Assembly (NCBI GenBank): GCA_044339595.1
Contig: JBIIVF010000002.1
Coordinates: 1-62,369 of the forward strand
Length of the DNA: 62,369 nucleotides
Source of the DNA: Bacteroidia bacterium
GTDB lineage: Bacteria > Bacteroidota > Bacteroidia > NS11-12g > UBA9320
Reading direction: 5' to 3'
The position numbers were made by a program, and so were the translations under genes. Every line of letters begins with the position of its first letter. Position 1 is the first letter of the stretch. The notes below the pieces were generated by a model. The model did no database searches, was not told the origin of the DNA, and saw nothing but the letters and a program-made list of their open reading frames with translations. Positions 19,987-29,713 of this stretch are shown one piece after another.

Positions 19987-22050
19987 ATGGCATTTCTTTA
20001 TCCTAATTTCTTCTGGGCATTGGCAGTTTTGGCCATTCCTATAGCTGTGCATCTCTTTAATTTTAGGAGATATAAACGCATTTTATTTACGAACGTTAGA
20101 TTTTTAAAAGAAGTGAATGAAGAAACGCGTTCGCAACAGAAATTGAAACACTTGTTGGTTTTGTTGATGCGTTTGTTGGCGCTGGCATTGCTGGTGGCTG
20201 CGTTTGCACAGCCGTATTTTCCGGGTTCTCAAAAAGTTCAAACCGGAGTTTCTACGGTGGCCGGTTTTTATCTCGACAACAGTTTTAGCATGAATGCAGA
20301 TGCCGAAGAGGGTCTTTTGCTGGAAGTGGGCAAGAATAAGATTCGAGAGGCATTGAAAGCGTATAAATCAAACGATCGATTTTTTCTTATAACCAATAAT
20401 AGTTTGGCGGGAAGCAGTCATTTATTGACCAAAGAAGAAATCAATCAACGATTGGATGACGTCGATTTTGCTTCTTCACAGCTCAGCAGTGGGCAAGTGA
20501 TTCAGCGGGCTGCAGCACATTTTGCGAAAGCATCACAAAATAACCGCGAGTTATTTTTTGTGAGCGATATGCAATCCTCTTTATTGCAATTTTCTGAAGG
20601 TCAGAGGGCTGATACTTCCTTTAACTTATACACGTTGCCCGTTCAATCTGAAAGACCTTCAAATCTGGCCATAGACAGCGTGTGGTTTGGAACCCCGGTG
20701 ATTAAACCTGAAGAATCAGTAGCTGTAAATATTACGGTGGTTAATTATGGAAAGGAAAATGCCGGAGCCGTTTCAGTTGCGCTGATGCTCGATGGCGTTC
20801 AAAAGGCTGCGGGTGTGGTAGATGTGGATGCCGGCACGCGCAAGTCATTGACTTTGGATCTTTTGGTAAAAGAGACTGGATGGCATCAGGCAGAGGTGAA
20901 AATACAAGATAATCCGGTTGTTTTTGATGATCGGTATTTCATTTCTTTTCCGGTTAAAAAGGAAGTTAAGATTACCGGTATTTATCAAGACAAATCGGAT
21001 GGATTTGTCTCGAGGCTTTTTTCAACCGACGCCTATTATCAATATACTGCTCAACCCTTGAATCAAGTGGATTATACATCTTTGAAATCGTATGACTTTA
21101 TTGTTTTAGATGGATTAGATAAAGTGAGTTCAGGATTGGCTTCTGAAATCTCGGCTGCTTTAAATAGAGGCGTAGGGGTTCTTTTTGTTCCACCGGCTAA
21201 AGCGGAATCGAACAGCGAAGATTGGTCAGGATGGTTGAAAGGCTATGGTGTGGCCAGTGTTTCAAAAGCAACGGTGGGTTCATACAAAGTGAACAATTTG
21301 TTGAACAAGGATGAACTATTTGCCAATGTTTTTGAGAAAATTCCTCGCAACATGGATTTTCCCAATGCCAGCCAATATTATCGGTATGCAGGAGCAGGCA
21401 ATGCGCGAGTTTTGCTCGGTTTTGCCAATGGAGATCCGATGCTTACCGTTCAGGAATCAGGATTGGGTAAACTTTATATCAGCGCAGTTCCGTTCAATGA
21501 TGATTGGTCTAATTTTCACCGTCATGCTCTTTTTGTTCCGATGGTCATGCGGATGTCGTATTACAACATTCGGGAATTCCCGCTCAGCGCCGAAGTGGGC
21601 AGCAATCGTTTGATTAAGGTATCGTCTACTTTACAAAAGAAAGAAGGCAATTTAAGGTTGAGCAAAGAAAAATTTGAAATATTACCTGAGTTTTATGTGA
21701 GAGACAATGAGTCATTTATTTCGGATGCAGGTCAAATATCAGAAGCCGGAATCTATCTCCTTTCCGATGGGAAAGAATCGCAACCGGTGGCCTTCAACTA
21801 TAACAGGAATGAATCATCGTTGCGATTTGCAGATGCTGAAATGGTGCAGAAACATTTCGAAGGTTTTAAACTTACGTCCTTAACAATGGGTAAATCACCC
21901 CTGGGAGAAACCCTTAAAAAAGGCAGAATGGGAACCCCATTGTGGAAATGGTGTATCTTAGGTGTATTGCTTTTTCTCTTATTTGAAATACTTTTGTTGA
22001 GGTTATGGAAAAATAACCCCGGTAAGAAAACAACTATCCAGAACGCATAG
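19987..22050 (+). CDS. BatA-N-terminal-domain membrane protein (aerotolerance-operon-like N-terminus)
   Basis: MAFLYPNFFWALAVLAIPIAVHLFNFRRYKRILFTNVRFL is the typical BatA N-domain. A C-terminal TM helix is present. The track ORF starts at TTG 19960; ATG 19987 is preferred. Confidence 0.75.
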   Translation: MAFLYPNFFWALAVLAIPIAVHLFNFRRYKRILFTNVRFLKEVNEETRSQQKLKHLLVLLMRLLALALLVAAFAQPYFPGSQKVQTGVSTVAGFYLDNSFSMNADAEEGLLLEVGKNKIREALKAYKSNDRFFLITNNSLAGSSHLLTKEEINQRLDDVDFASSQLSSGQVIQRAAAHFAKASQNNRELFFVSDMQSSLLQFSEGQRADTSFNLYTLPVQSERPSNLAIDSVWFGTPVIKPEESVAVNITVVNYGKENAGAVSVALMLDGVQKAAGVVDVDAGTRKSLTLDLLVKETGWHQAEVKIQDNPVVFDDRYFISFPVKKEVKITGIYQDKSDGFVSRLFSTDAYYQYTAQPLNQVDYTSLKSYDFIVLDGLDKVSSGLASEISAALNRGVGVLFVPPAKAESNSEDWSGWLKGYGVASVSKATVGSYKVNNLLNKDELFANVFEKIPRNMDFPNASQYYRYAGAGNARVLLGFANGDPMLTVQESGLGKLYISAVPFNDDWSNFHRHALFVPMVMRMSYYNIREFPLSAEVGSNRLIKVSSTLQKKEGNLRLSKEKFEILPEFYVRDNESFISDAGQISEAGIYLLSDGKESQPVAFNYNRNESSLRFADAEMVQKHFEGFKLTSLTMGKSPLGETLKKGRMGTPLWKWCILGVLLFLLFEILLLRLWKNNPGKKTTIQNA

Positions 22051-22055
22051 CATTT

Positions 22056-23330
22056 GTGTCAGTAAAAAGTTATCTCATTAAAGGGGCAGTCATATGTGAC
22101 TCGGCCCAACCTGAAAAGAAGGACATTTATGTTGAAGGCGGAATTATCCATCAAATTGGGGAGGCATTGACCGTGGCATCGGGTACAGAAGTACTCGATG
22201 TTCAGGGAGCTCGGGTTTCTGCAGGATGGTTTGATTTGCGTTGTCGATTGTCTGATCCCGGATTTGAAGAAAGAGAAGATTTGATCAGTGGAACTTTGGC
22301 GGCAGCTGCAGGTGGTTTCACCGATATAGCCTGTTTGCCCGATACAAAACCTGTGATTGATTCAAAATCACAAATCGATTATATTTTGTCAAGTACCCGT
22401 GATACGGTTACACGGGTTCATCCTTTGGGGGCCGCTTCTATCAAACTTGAAGGCAAAGAACTGTCGGAAATGTATGACATGAAGATGGCCGGTGCCGTGG
22501 CTTTTTCAAATGGGGATCATCCGGTAGCTGATGCCGGTTATTTGTTGAGAGCGATGCTCTACTCAAAACCCTTTGGCGGACTGATGATGGTGCATGCCGA
22601 AGATAGCAGTCTTTCAAAGAATGGCTTGGTGAATGAAAGTAGAAATACGGTCAATACAGGTTTAAAAACGGCTCCGAGAATGGCAGAAAGTACCGCTGTT
22701 CAAACGCATATTGAAGTGGCGGCCTATGCCGGAACCCGAGTTCACCTTTCTCATGTTTCAACGCGAGAATCGGTGGATCATATTCGTGCTGCGAAAAAAA
22801 GAGGCATCGAAGTAACTTGTGATGTATCGATCATCCACCTGATATTGAATGATCTTGAATATAGTAAGTTCGACAGTAACTATAAAATATCTCCTCCCCT
22901 GCGTTCAGAAGAAGATCGTTTGGCCCTTATTGCCGGGGTGAATGATGGTACCATCGATGCAATCGTTACAGACCATACTCCCCTGAACCCCGAACTCAAG
23001 GAGGTGGAATTTGATTATGCTACGCCCGGTATGACCGGATTCCAAACCTTTTATCCATTGTATAACCAGTTTCTCTCTGAGGAGATCCGTGAAAAAATCT
23101 TTTTAGAAAGAATAACCGATGGACCTCGAAAAGTGCTTAATTTGAAATCAATAGCCATAACCCCCGGTCAAGAAGCGGTAATGACCATTTTCGATCCGGA
23201 TTATTCATGGCAATATAATGCAACATCTAATTTGTCGAAATCAAACAATAACCCTTATTTTGGAGAAACTCTTCGAGGGAAAGTATTATACACCATTCAT
23301 AAAAATAAAATCTATAAAAACACCTTCTGA
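22056..23330 (+). CDS. Dihydroorotase-family amidohydrolase lacking the N-terminal HxH metal motif (PyrC'-like)
   Basis: Aligns by eye to class I dihydroorotases (MVHAED, HLSHVST, TDHTP retained). Where DxHxHxR is expected, the sequence reads FDLRCRLSDPG. GTG start. Confidence 0.8.
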   Translation: MSVKSYLIKGAVICDSAQPEKKDIYVEGGIIHQIGEALTVASGTEVLDVQGARVSAGWFDLRCRLSDPGFEEREDLISGTLAAAAGGFTDIACLPDTKPVIDSKSQIDYILSSTRDTVTRVHPLGAASIKLEGKELSEMYDMKMAGAVAFSNGDHPVADAGYLLRAMLYSKPFGGLMMVHAEDSSLSKNGLVNESRNTVNTGLKTAPRMAESTAVQTHIEVAAYAGTRVHLSHVSTRESVDHIRAAKKRGIEVTCDVSIIHLILNDLEYSKFDSNYKISPPLRSEEDRLALIAGVNDGTIDAIVTDHTPLNPELKEVEFDYATPGMTGFQTFYPLYNQFLSEEIREKIFLERITDGPRKVLNLKSIAITPGQEAVMTIFDPDYSWQYNATSNLSKSNNNPYFGETLRGKVLYTIHKNKIYKNTF

Positions 23331-23336
23331 TTAATC

Positions 23337-24032
23337 ATGAACCAGAATAACAATTCAGTACATCATGCCATTGATGGTTTGTTGTACGGTTTTACAGAGT
23401 ACAATGGAACCGGCGGCCATTCTAAGAGTGCCGGAAGCATTTACCAAATTTTTGTTACACCCAAAGCCTCCTTTGATGAAAAAGTGGCAAAGCTGGATGC
23501 TTGGGTGGATGCACATCCGGCCTGTGAACCTTTAAGGGAATATTTGTTTGATCTTTTGATGACTCATTTCATACGAGAAGAAGGCACTTCTGAGGCATTC
23601 TTCAACAGCAAAGAATGGGATCGCATAGAGGAAGAATATGCAGATCGTGGATCAGAATTGCTGGATGTAATAACGTATATTGATGAATGTCATGAAGTAG
23701 AAGTGATTCCGTCCATTGAAGATTTTATTTATGAATACCTGTTGATGGAAGACGATCCGGATAAGGAAACCATGACATTATATGAACCATTGATTCGTCA
23801 TAAAGCACTGGTAGATGAAATTCTGGAAGATATCATCGAGGAAACGGTGCACGAAGATGACAATACACTTGGGCCCTTGTTACAAGCGCTGTTAATTTAT
23901 TTCTCAGAACCGGCCGAACCGGAAGGTGTGCCGGTTGCTTTGAATGATATTGGAGGTTCATCGGCAGAAACATCTGCTCTAACCTGCTGTATCCTTTTTT
24001 ATGACAGAGGAATTGATGGGGCATCGCTGTAG
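23337..24032 (+). CDS. Hypothetical, strongly acidic cytoplasmic protein
   Basis: 231 aa, rich in Asp/Glu, with no TM segment or signal peptide and no recognised motif. Only 6 nt after the preceding gene. Confidence 0.6.
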   Translation: MNQNNNSVHHAIDGLLYGFTEYNGTGGHSKSAGSIYQIFVTPKASFDEKVAKLDAWVDAHPACEPLREYLFDLLMTHFIREEGTSEAFFNSKEWDRIEEEYADRGSELLDVITYIDECHEVEVIPSIEDFIYEYLLMEDDPDKETMTLYEPLIRHKALVDEILEDIIEETVHEDDNTLGPLLQALLIYFSEPAEPEGVPVALNDIGGSSAETSALTCCILFYDRGIDGASL

Positions 24033-24072
24033 TAAATTTGACCCATTGACCTGAAACTGCTGAAAAATAACC

Positions 24073-25017
24073 ATGTCTGAGCTAAATATTTCTGTCGTTA
24101 TTCCACTTTTAAACGAAGACGAGTCGTTGCCGGAGTTGCATGCATGGATAAAAAAGGTGATGGATCTTCATCATTATTCTTATGAAATTCTGTTCATTGA
24201 CGACGGAAGTTCAGATAATTCTTGGAAGGTGATTATGGAATTGTCTGAAAAACACCCCGAAGTAAAGGGTACTCGTTTCAGAAGGAATTATGGTAAATCT
24301 GCGGCGGTCAATATTGGATTTCAAGATGCCAGGGGCCAGGTGGTGATAACCATGGATGCTGATTTGCAAGACTCGCCGGATGAAATCCCTGAATTATACC
24401 GACTCATAACTGAAGAAAAATTTGACTTGATTTCAGGTTGGAAGCAGAAGCGATATGACCCCATCAGTAAAACTTTGCCCACCAAATTGTTCAATTGGGC
24501 TACGCGAAAGATGAGCGATATCCAATTGCATGATTTTAATTGTGGTTTAAAAGCCTATCGCAATGAAGTAATCAAGAGCATTGAGGTATATGGCGAAATG
24601 CATCGATATATACCGGTATTGGCCAAGAATGCAGGGTTTAAAAAAATCGGCGAAAAAGTAGTGGAGCACCGCGCCCGCCAATATGGAATGACCAAATTTG
24701 GTCTCGAGCGATTTGTGAATGGCTTTCTTGATTTGATGAGCATTTGGTTTGTTGGAAAATTCGGAAAAAGACCCATGCACTTCTTTGGATTGCTGGGGTC
24801 GCTTTTTTTTCTGGGTGGATTTGTGATTGCCATCTATTTGACCATTGCCAAGTTTGCCTGGCAAGAGTATAATATGACCAGTCGTCCTTTGTTTTTTATG
24901 GGGATTTTGGCCATGATAATCGGGGTTCAACTTTTTCTTGCAGGTTTTTTGGGGGAACTCATATCCAGAAACTCTTCTGATCGAAATCATTATTTGATTG
25001 CAGAAAGAACAACGTAA
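24073..25017 (+). CDS. Family 2 glycosyltransferase (polyprenyl-phosphate sugar transferase-like, two C-terminal TM helices)
   Basis: VVIPLLNEDESL, FIDDGSSD and DADLQD (DxD) motifs, with C-terminal hydrophobic helices. Confidence 0.85.
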   Translation: MSELNISVVIPLLNEDESLPELHAWIKKVMDLHHYSYEILFIDDGSSDNSWKVIMELSEKHPEVKGTRFRRNYGKSAAVNIGFQDARGQVVITMDADLQDSPDEIPELYRLITEEKFDLISGWKQKRYDPISKTLPTKLFNWATRKMSDIQLHDFNCGLKAYRNEVIKSIEVYGEMHRYIPVLAKNAGFKKIGEKVVEHRARQYGMTKFGLERFVNGFLDLMSIWFVGKFGKRPMHFFGLLGSLFFLGGFVIAIYLTIAKFAWQEYNMTSRPLFFMGILAMIIGVQLFLAGFLGELISRNSSDRNHYLIAERTT

Positions 25018-25018
25018 G

Positions 25019-26149
25019 GTGGCTGAAAAAATTCTCATTGTTGGCACCGCCCATCCTTTTCGTGGAGGAGGTATCAGTACCTTTAATCAGGTGATGGCCA
25101 CCGAATTACAAAAGATGGGATATGAGGTTCGTATCCTAACTTTTACGCTGCAATATCCTTCCTTCCTATTTCCGGGTAAAACTCAATATTCTGAAGATCC
25201 GGCACCCAAACATTTGCAGATTGATGTAAAACTCAATAGCATCAACCCATTCAACTGGTTCAAAGTAGGACGTGAATACAAAAAATGGGGAGCAGATTTG
25301 GTGATTTTTAGGTTTTGGACGCCTTTTATGGGTCCAGCCTTCGGAACATTAGCTCGAATCATCAAGGGGAATAAAAAATCCAGAATCATCGCCATTACTG
25401 ACAATGTGGTTCCGCACGAGAAATCCATCATTGACCGACCCTTCACAAATTATTTTTTGAGTGCTTGCGATGCCTATTTGTGCATGAGTAAGGCCGTTTT
25501 GAAAGATCTCGAAGTTTTTGACAAGAATAAGCCAAAGGTGTATCACCCTCATCCTTTGTATGATAATTTTGGCGAGACTCCGGCACAGGAACTTGCTTTA
25601 AAGCACTTAAAGCTAGATCCTGAGTACCGATACATTTTGTTCTTTGGATTTATTCGAAAGTATAAAGGACTTGATTTATTGCTTGAAGCCATGGGGGCTG
25701 AATTATTGGAAGATTTTAACATCAAGTTGTTGGTGGCGGGTGAATTTTATGAACCTGAAGAACCTTATCGTGCCTTGATTCAAAAGTTTAAACTCGAGGA
25801 AAAGGTGGTATTACACACTCATTTTATCCCGGATGATGAGGTGAAATATTATTTTTCTGCTGCAGATATTGTGGCGCAGACATATCATCATGCGACACAA
25901 AGTGGGGTGACACAGATTGCCTATCATTTTGAAAAGCCTATGCTTGTTACAGAAGTTGGCGGATTGGCTGAAACAGTGCCCAATCGAGTAGCAGGGTATG
26001 TGGTAAAACCAACTCCGGTAGAAATTGCAGGGGCGCTTTTTGATTTTTTTAACAACAACCGTTTTCAAGAACTGACCCTTGGGGTCAAGGCGTCTAAAAA
26101 GAGATTTGGTTGGGATGCCTTTCTGAAGTCTTTGTTATCACTTCGGTGA
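25019..26149 (+). CDS. GT-B fold glycosyltransferase (family 4/1-like)
   Basis: KILIVGTAHPFRGGGIS N-terminus. C-terminal half has the E-x7-E-like region (QSGVTQIAYHFEKPMLVTEVGGLAE). The track ORF begins at TTG 24998. An in-frame GTG at 25019, right after the upstream stop, is an equally plausible start. Confidence 0.75.
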   Translation: MAEKILIVGTAHPFRGGGISTFNQVMATELQKMGYEVRILTFTLQYPSFLFPGKTQYSEDPAPKHLQIDVKLNSINPFNWFKVGREYKKWGADLVIFRFWTPFMGPAFGTLARIIKGNKKSRIIAITDNVVPHEKSIIDRPFTNYFLSACDAYLCMSKAVLKDLEVFDKNKPKVYHPHPLYDNFGETPAQELALKHLKLDPEYRYILFFGFIRKYKGLDLLLEAMGAELLEDFNIKLLVAGEFYEPEEPYRALIQKFKLEEKVVLHTHFIPDDEVKYYFSAADIVAQTYHHATQSGVTQIAYHFEKPMLVTEVGGLAETVPNRVAGYVVKPTPVEIAGALFDFFNNNRFQELTLGVKASKKRFGWDAFLKSLLSLR

Positions 26150-26275
26150 TGGAAACTTTTAGCACCTCTATCGATTTTTTAGAGCATTGGTAGTCTACTG
26201 ATGAGAATGTCAGAGATATTTCATAGGTTTGTGAGGCATCAGAAAATCAAAATCAATAACTTAATTTACCCAATT

Positions 26276-26866
26276 ATGATAAAAAGAATTTATCAGTTAG
26301 TGTTGCTTGCACTAGTTTCTACCCTGTTCAGTTCATGCGGTTACAACAGCATGGTGGATAAGCGTGAAGAAGTAGATAAGACATGGGCCAATATTCAAAG
26401 TCAATATCAGCGCCGTTCCGATTTGATTCCGCGTTTAGCCAAAGTGGTGAAGAGTTATGCTGATTTTGAACAGGAAACCCTTACCAAAGTGGTAGAAGCA
26501 AGAGCGAAAGCCACCAGTATTAATTTTACGGCTGATCAGCTGACCGAAGAGAACATGAATAAGTTCAGAGCTGCACAATCTGCAGTTTCATCAGGTTTGA
26601 GTCGATTGTTGGCTGTAGTTGAGAATTATCCTGATTTAAAGGCCAACCAAAATTATCTTGATCTGCAGCGCGAATTGACCGGCACCGAAAACAGGATCGC
26701 AGTGGCCAGAAATAATTATAACGACGCGGTGAAAGGCTATAATGCCTACATTAAAAAGATTCCAAGAGTCATTTATGCCGGTTGGTTTGGTTTTAAAGAG
26801 AAACCGTTTTATCAGGCCGATGCCGGTTCTGAAAAGGCCCCGTCGCTCGAAGAACTCGATAAATAA
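26276..26866 (+). CDS. lemA: LemA-family lipoprotein
   Basis: Lipobox LFSSCG. LemA core has QYQRRSDLIPRL.., ENYPDLKANQNYLDLQRELTGTENRIAVARNNYN. The track ORF starts at 26201; ATG 26276 gives the signal peptide. Confidence 0.9.
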   Translation: MIKRIYQLVLLALVSTLFSSCGYNSMVDKREEVDKTWANIQSQYQRRSDLIPRLAKVVKSYADFEQETLTKVVEARAKATSINFTADQLTEENMNKFRAAQSAVSSGLSRLLAVVENYPDLKANQNYLDLQRELTGTENRIAVARNNYNDAVKGYNAYIKKIPRVIYAGWFGFKEKPFYQADAGSEKAPSLEELDK

Positions 26867-27303
26867 TGGAATTATTTTGGAAGCCGTTTTCTGCCGACGA
26901 AGAAGCCAGGTTGGTGGCGGCTATATCAGAAGCTGAGAAAATCACCTCAGCTGAGATACGCGTGCATGCCGACCGATACTGCAAAAATGATGCAGTTAAT
27001 AAGGCTGCCAATCTTTTCAGAAAACTCAAAATGAACGAGACCGAAGAAAAGAACGGTGTGCTCATTTATATTTCAATTGAAGACAGGAAATTTGCCATTT
27101 TAGGAGATTCAGGGATTAATGAAAAAGTACCGGAGAATTTCTGGCAAAGCACCCGGGATGACATGCTGAGTGAAATAAAACAGCACAATGTGGTGGCGGG
27201 CATTATCAAAGGTATAGAAGAAGCAGCTGAACAACTGGCAAAGTATTTTCCCCCGGGTAATACAAATAACAATGAACTTTCCAATGAAATCAGTTATGGA
27301 TAA
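26866..27303 (+). CDS. TPM-domain protein (TLP18.3/Psb32/MOLO-1 phosphatase-like)
   Basis: 145 aa. SAEIRVH...NGVLIYISIEDRKFAILGDSGI is typical TPM. TAATG overlap with lemA. Confidence 0.8.
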   Translation: MELFWKPFSADEEARLVAAISEAEKITSAEIRVHADRYCKNDAVNKAANLFRKLKMNETEEKNGVLIYISIEDRKFAILGDSGINEKVPENFWQSTRDDMLSEIKQHNVVAGIIKGIEEAAEQLAKYFPPGNTNNNELSNEISYG

Positions 27304-28048
27304 AATCAGGTCTTTGATTTTTTTATTTCTGATGGTTGGAACTTTGCTGGCTTTCTCGAAAGAAATTCCAACAAAACCCGAAGGCCATGATCGTTTTGTG
27401 AATGATTATGCCCGCATGCTTTCTCCCGATCAGGTAAGGGCGCTCAACAATAAATTATATAGTTACTGGGATTCAACGTCCACCGAAATTGTCATTGTTA
27501 TAGAGGATGACCTCGGAGATGATGAACTTTTTGAGTATTCACAGAAGTTAGCACAAGGTTGGGGAATCGGACAAAAAGGCAAGAATAATGGCTTACTCAT
27601 TTATGTTGCTAAGGAAGAGAGGGCCATTCGCATCCATGTAGGTTATGGCCTTGAAGGAGCTATTCCTGATTTTATAGCCGGAAGAGTAATCGACAACATC
27701 ATAAAACCTGAATTTAAAACCGGTCAATACGGTAAAGGCCTCAATGACGGTGTGGATGCTTTAATAGCCTTGGCAGCCGGTGAATTTGTGTTTGACGAAA
27801 AAGATAGAAACAAAAATGCGAGTCATTTACCCACCTGGATTATAGTAGTCGTCATCATTATCATCATTATCATCGTTTCAAACTTAGGTTCAAGTGGCGG
27901 CCGCACTTACGGCGGCAGTAGAGGACCTTTTTTTGGTGGCACCGGATGGGGTGGTGGTGGTTTTGGAGGCGGCGGCGGAGGTGGTGGCTTCGGCGGTGGT
28001 TTTGGAGGTGGAAGTTTCGGTGGGGGTGGCGCAAGCGGAAACTGGTAG
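27296..28048 (+). CDS. TPM-domain membrane protein (YgcG-like) with poly-Ile TM helix and Gly-rich tail
   Basis: Signal peptide, then TEIVIVIEDDLG...NNGLLIYVAKEERAIRIHVGYGLEG. Followed by TM segment WIIVVVIIIIIIIV and a GGGFGG repeat tail. The track ORF starts at 27272; ATG 27296 is preferred. Confidence 0.8.
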   Translation: MDKIRSLIFLFLMVGTLLAFSKEIPTKPEGHDRFVNDYARMLSPDQVRALNNKLYSYWDSTSTEIVIVIEDDLGDDELFEYSQKLAQGWGIGQKGKNNGLLIYVAKEERAIRIHVGYGLEGAIPDFIAGRVIDNIIKPEFKTGQYGKGLNDGVDALIALAAGEFVFDEKDRNKNASHLPTWIIVVVIIIIIIIVSNLGSSGGRTYGGSRGPFFGGTGWGGGGFGGGGGGGGFGGGFGGGSFGGGGASGNW

Positions 28049-28051
28049 CGT

Positions 28052-28750
28052 ATGTTAGATCAGGTAAAAATAGAAAACCTTTTGATGATCGATATTGAGA
28101 CCGTACCTCAGTGCGAGCAATACGATGATTTGTCGGATCGATGGAAAAAACTTTGGGATCACAAGGCCGCGCAGTTGGCTAAAAATGGAGAAACCCCTGA
28201 TGAAATCTATTCTAGAGCCGGAATCTATGCAGAATTCGGAAAAATCGTTTGTATCAGTGCAGGGGTGGTGGTTCCGAACGGAGATGGATATACCTTCAGG
28301 GTAAAATCCTATTACGGACATGATGAAAAGGAATTATTGGCTTCATTTGGAGATATGCTGCAGGTTAGTTTTTCTGGCAATGGTAAATTTCTTTGCGGTC
28401 ACAATGCCAGAGAGTTTGATTTTCCATACCTCTGTCGACGCATGTTAATCAACGGATTGAAAATCCCTCAGATACTCGATCTGTCCGGCAAGAAACCTTG
28501 GGAAATCAATCATTTCGATACCATGGATCTCTGGAAATTCGGTGATTTTAAAAGCTATACATCCCTTGATCTGCTCGCAGCCGTTTTTGATGTGCCAACG
28601 CCCAAAGACGTGATGGACGGAAGTCAAGTGTATCCGGTCTATTATAAGGAAAAAGACATAGAAAAAATCAAGACTTATTGTGAAAAGGATATCCTCACAT
28701 TGGCCAATATTGTCATGAGGTTCAAAGGATTGCCCATCATTGAAAATTAA
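28052..28750 (+). CDS. RNase H-fold 3'-5' exonuclease (PolB-exonuclease-like)
   Basis: LLMIDIETVP (ExoI-like DxE), GHNAREFDFPYL (ExoII-like), YCEKDILTLANI (ExoIII-like). Confidence 0.7.
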   Translation: MLDQVKIENLLMIDIETVPQCEQYDDLSDRWKKLWDHKAAQLAKNGETPDEIYSRAGIYAEFGKIVCISAGVVVPNGDGYTFRVKSYYGHDEKELLASFGDMLQVSFSGNGKFLCGHNAREFDFPYLCRRMLINGLKIPQILDLSGKKPWEINHFDTMDLWKFGDFKSYTSLDLLAAVFDVPTPKDVMDGSQVYPVYYKEKDIEKIKTYCEKDILTLANIVMRFKGLPIIEN

Positions 28751-28765
28751 AGCGCTTCTCTGAAT

Positions 28766-29647
28766 ATGAATATTAAAGCATTTACTCCGGAGAACTGGAA
28801 GGATTATGAATTGTTGGATTGTGGGAATTTTGAAAAGTTGGAACGATTTGGCAAATATGTCTTGAGAAGACCCGAGCCACAAGCGGTTTGGAAGCCTTTA
28901 CTTTCTGAAAAAGAGTGGGCATCAAAAGCAGATGTTGCCTTTGAATCAGGCAGCAGCCACAAAGGAACCTGGAAGACAAAGGCCGGTTTCAAAGAACCTT
29001 GGTTTTTAGATTATCATTATAGACATAAACATATTGGGTTCAGATTGGCCCTTACCGCTTTTAAACATGTAGGCGTTTTTCCGGAACAAGCTGTTAATTG
29101 GGATTATATTATTCGAACCCTCGAAAATATGCCCGGTAAAGCACCCAAAGTGCTGAACCTTTTTGCATACACCGGAGGAGCGAGTTTGGCTGCGAAGGCA
29201 GCCGGTGCTGATGTAGTGCATGTAGATTCAGTGAAGCAAGTTATTTCATGGGCTCGAGATAACATGGAATACAGTGGTTTGAAGGATGTTCGCTGGACCG
29301 TAGAAGATGCTATGAAATTTGTAGAACGTGAAGTGAAAAGAGGGAATATCTATCAAGGGGTCATTCTCGATCCACCCGCCTATGGTATTGGTGCCGCCGG
29401 CGAAAGATGGAAACTAGAAGATCAAATCAATGATTTGCTGGTGCTCGTGAGTAAATTGCTCGATCCAAACAGACATTTTTTGGTCTTGAATACCTACTCC
29501 ATGGGCTTTTCATCGATTATATCAGAAAACCTGGTTAAACGAAATTTCAACAAAACGGACAATCTTGAGACCGGTGAATTGTATTTGGATGCCAAAAGCG
29601 GAATTAAGTTGCCTCTTGGTGTATTTGCCAGATTTTCGCATTGGTGA
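28766..29647 (+). CDS. Class I SAM-dependent methyltransferase (RlmI/RlmK-like catalytic fold)
   Basis: VLNLFAYTGGASLAAKAAGA (motif I) and ILDPPAYG (motif IV). Confidence 0.75.
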   Translation: MNIKAFTPENWKDYELLDCGNFEKLERFGKYVLRRPEPQAVWKPLLSEKEWASKADVAFESGSSHKGTWKTKAGFKEPWFLDYHYRHKHIGFRLALTAFKHVGVFPEQAVNWDYIIRTLENMPGKAPKVLNLFAYTGGASLAAKAAGADVVHVDSVKQVISWARDNMEYSGLKDVRWTVEDAMKFVEREVKRGNIYQGVILDPPAYGIGAAGERWKLEDQINDLLVLVSKLLDPNRHFLVLNTYSMGFSSIISENLVKRNFNKTDNLETGELYLDAKSGIKLPLGVFARFSHW

Positions 29648-29713
29648 CAAATGCCACAGAATTTTTACATTTCTCATGCAACAAAAAGCACACGTTTGAT
29701 GTACCTTTGCTCT

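Noticed and set aside
27841-28045. Repetitive DNA (ATC/ATT codon run, then GGTGGTGGC-type repeats) that looks like a tandem or microsatellite repeat.
   Set aside because: It is in frame within the YgcG-like TPM gene and encodes a poly-Ile TM helix and a GGGFGG tail. Both are normal features of that protein family.
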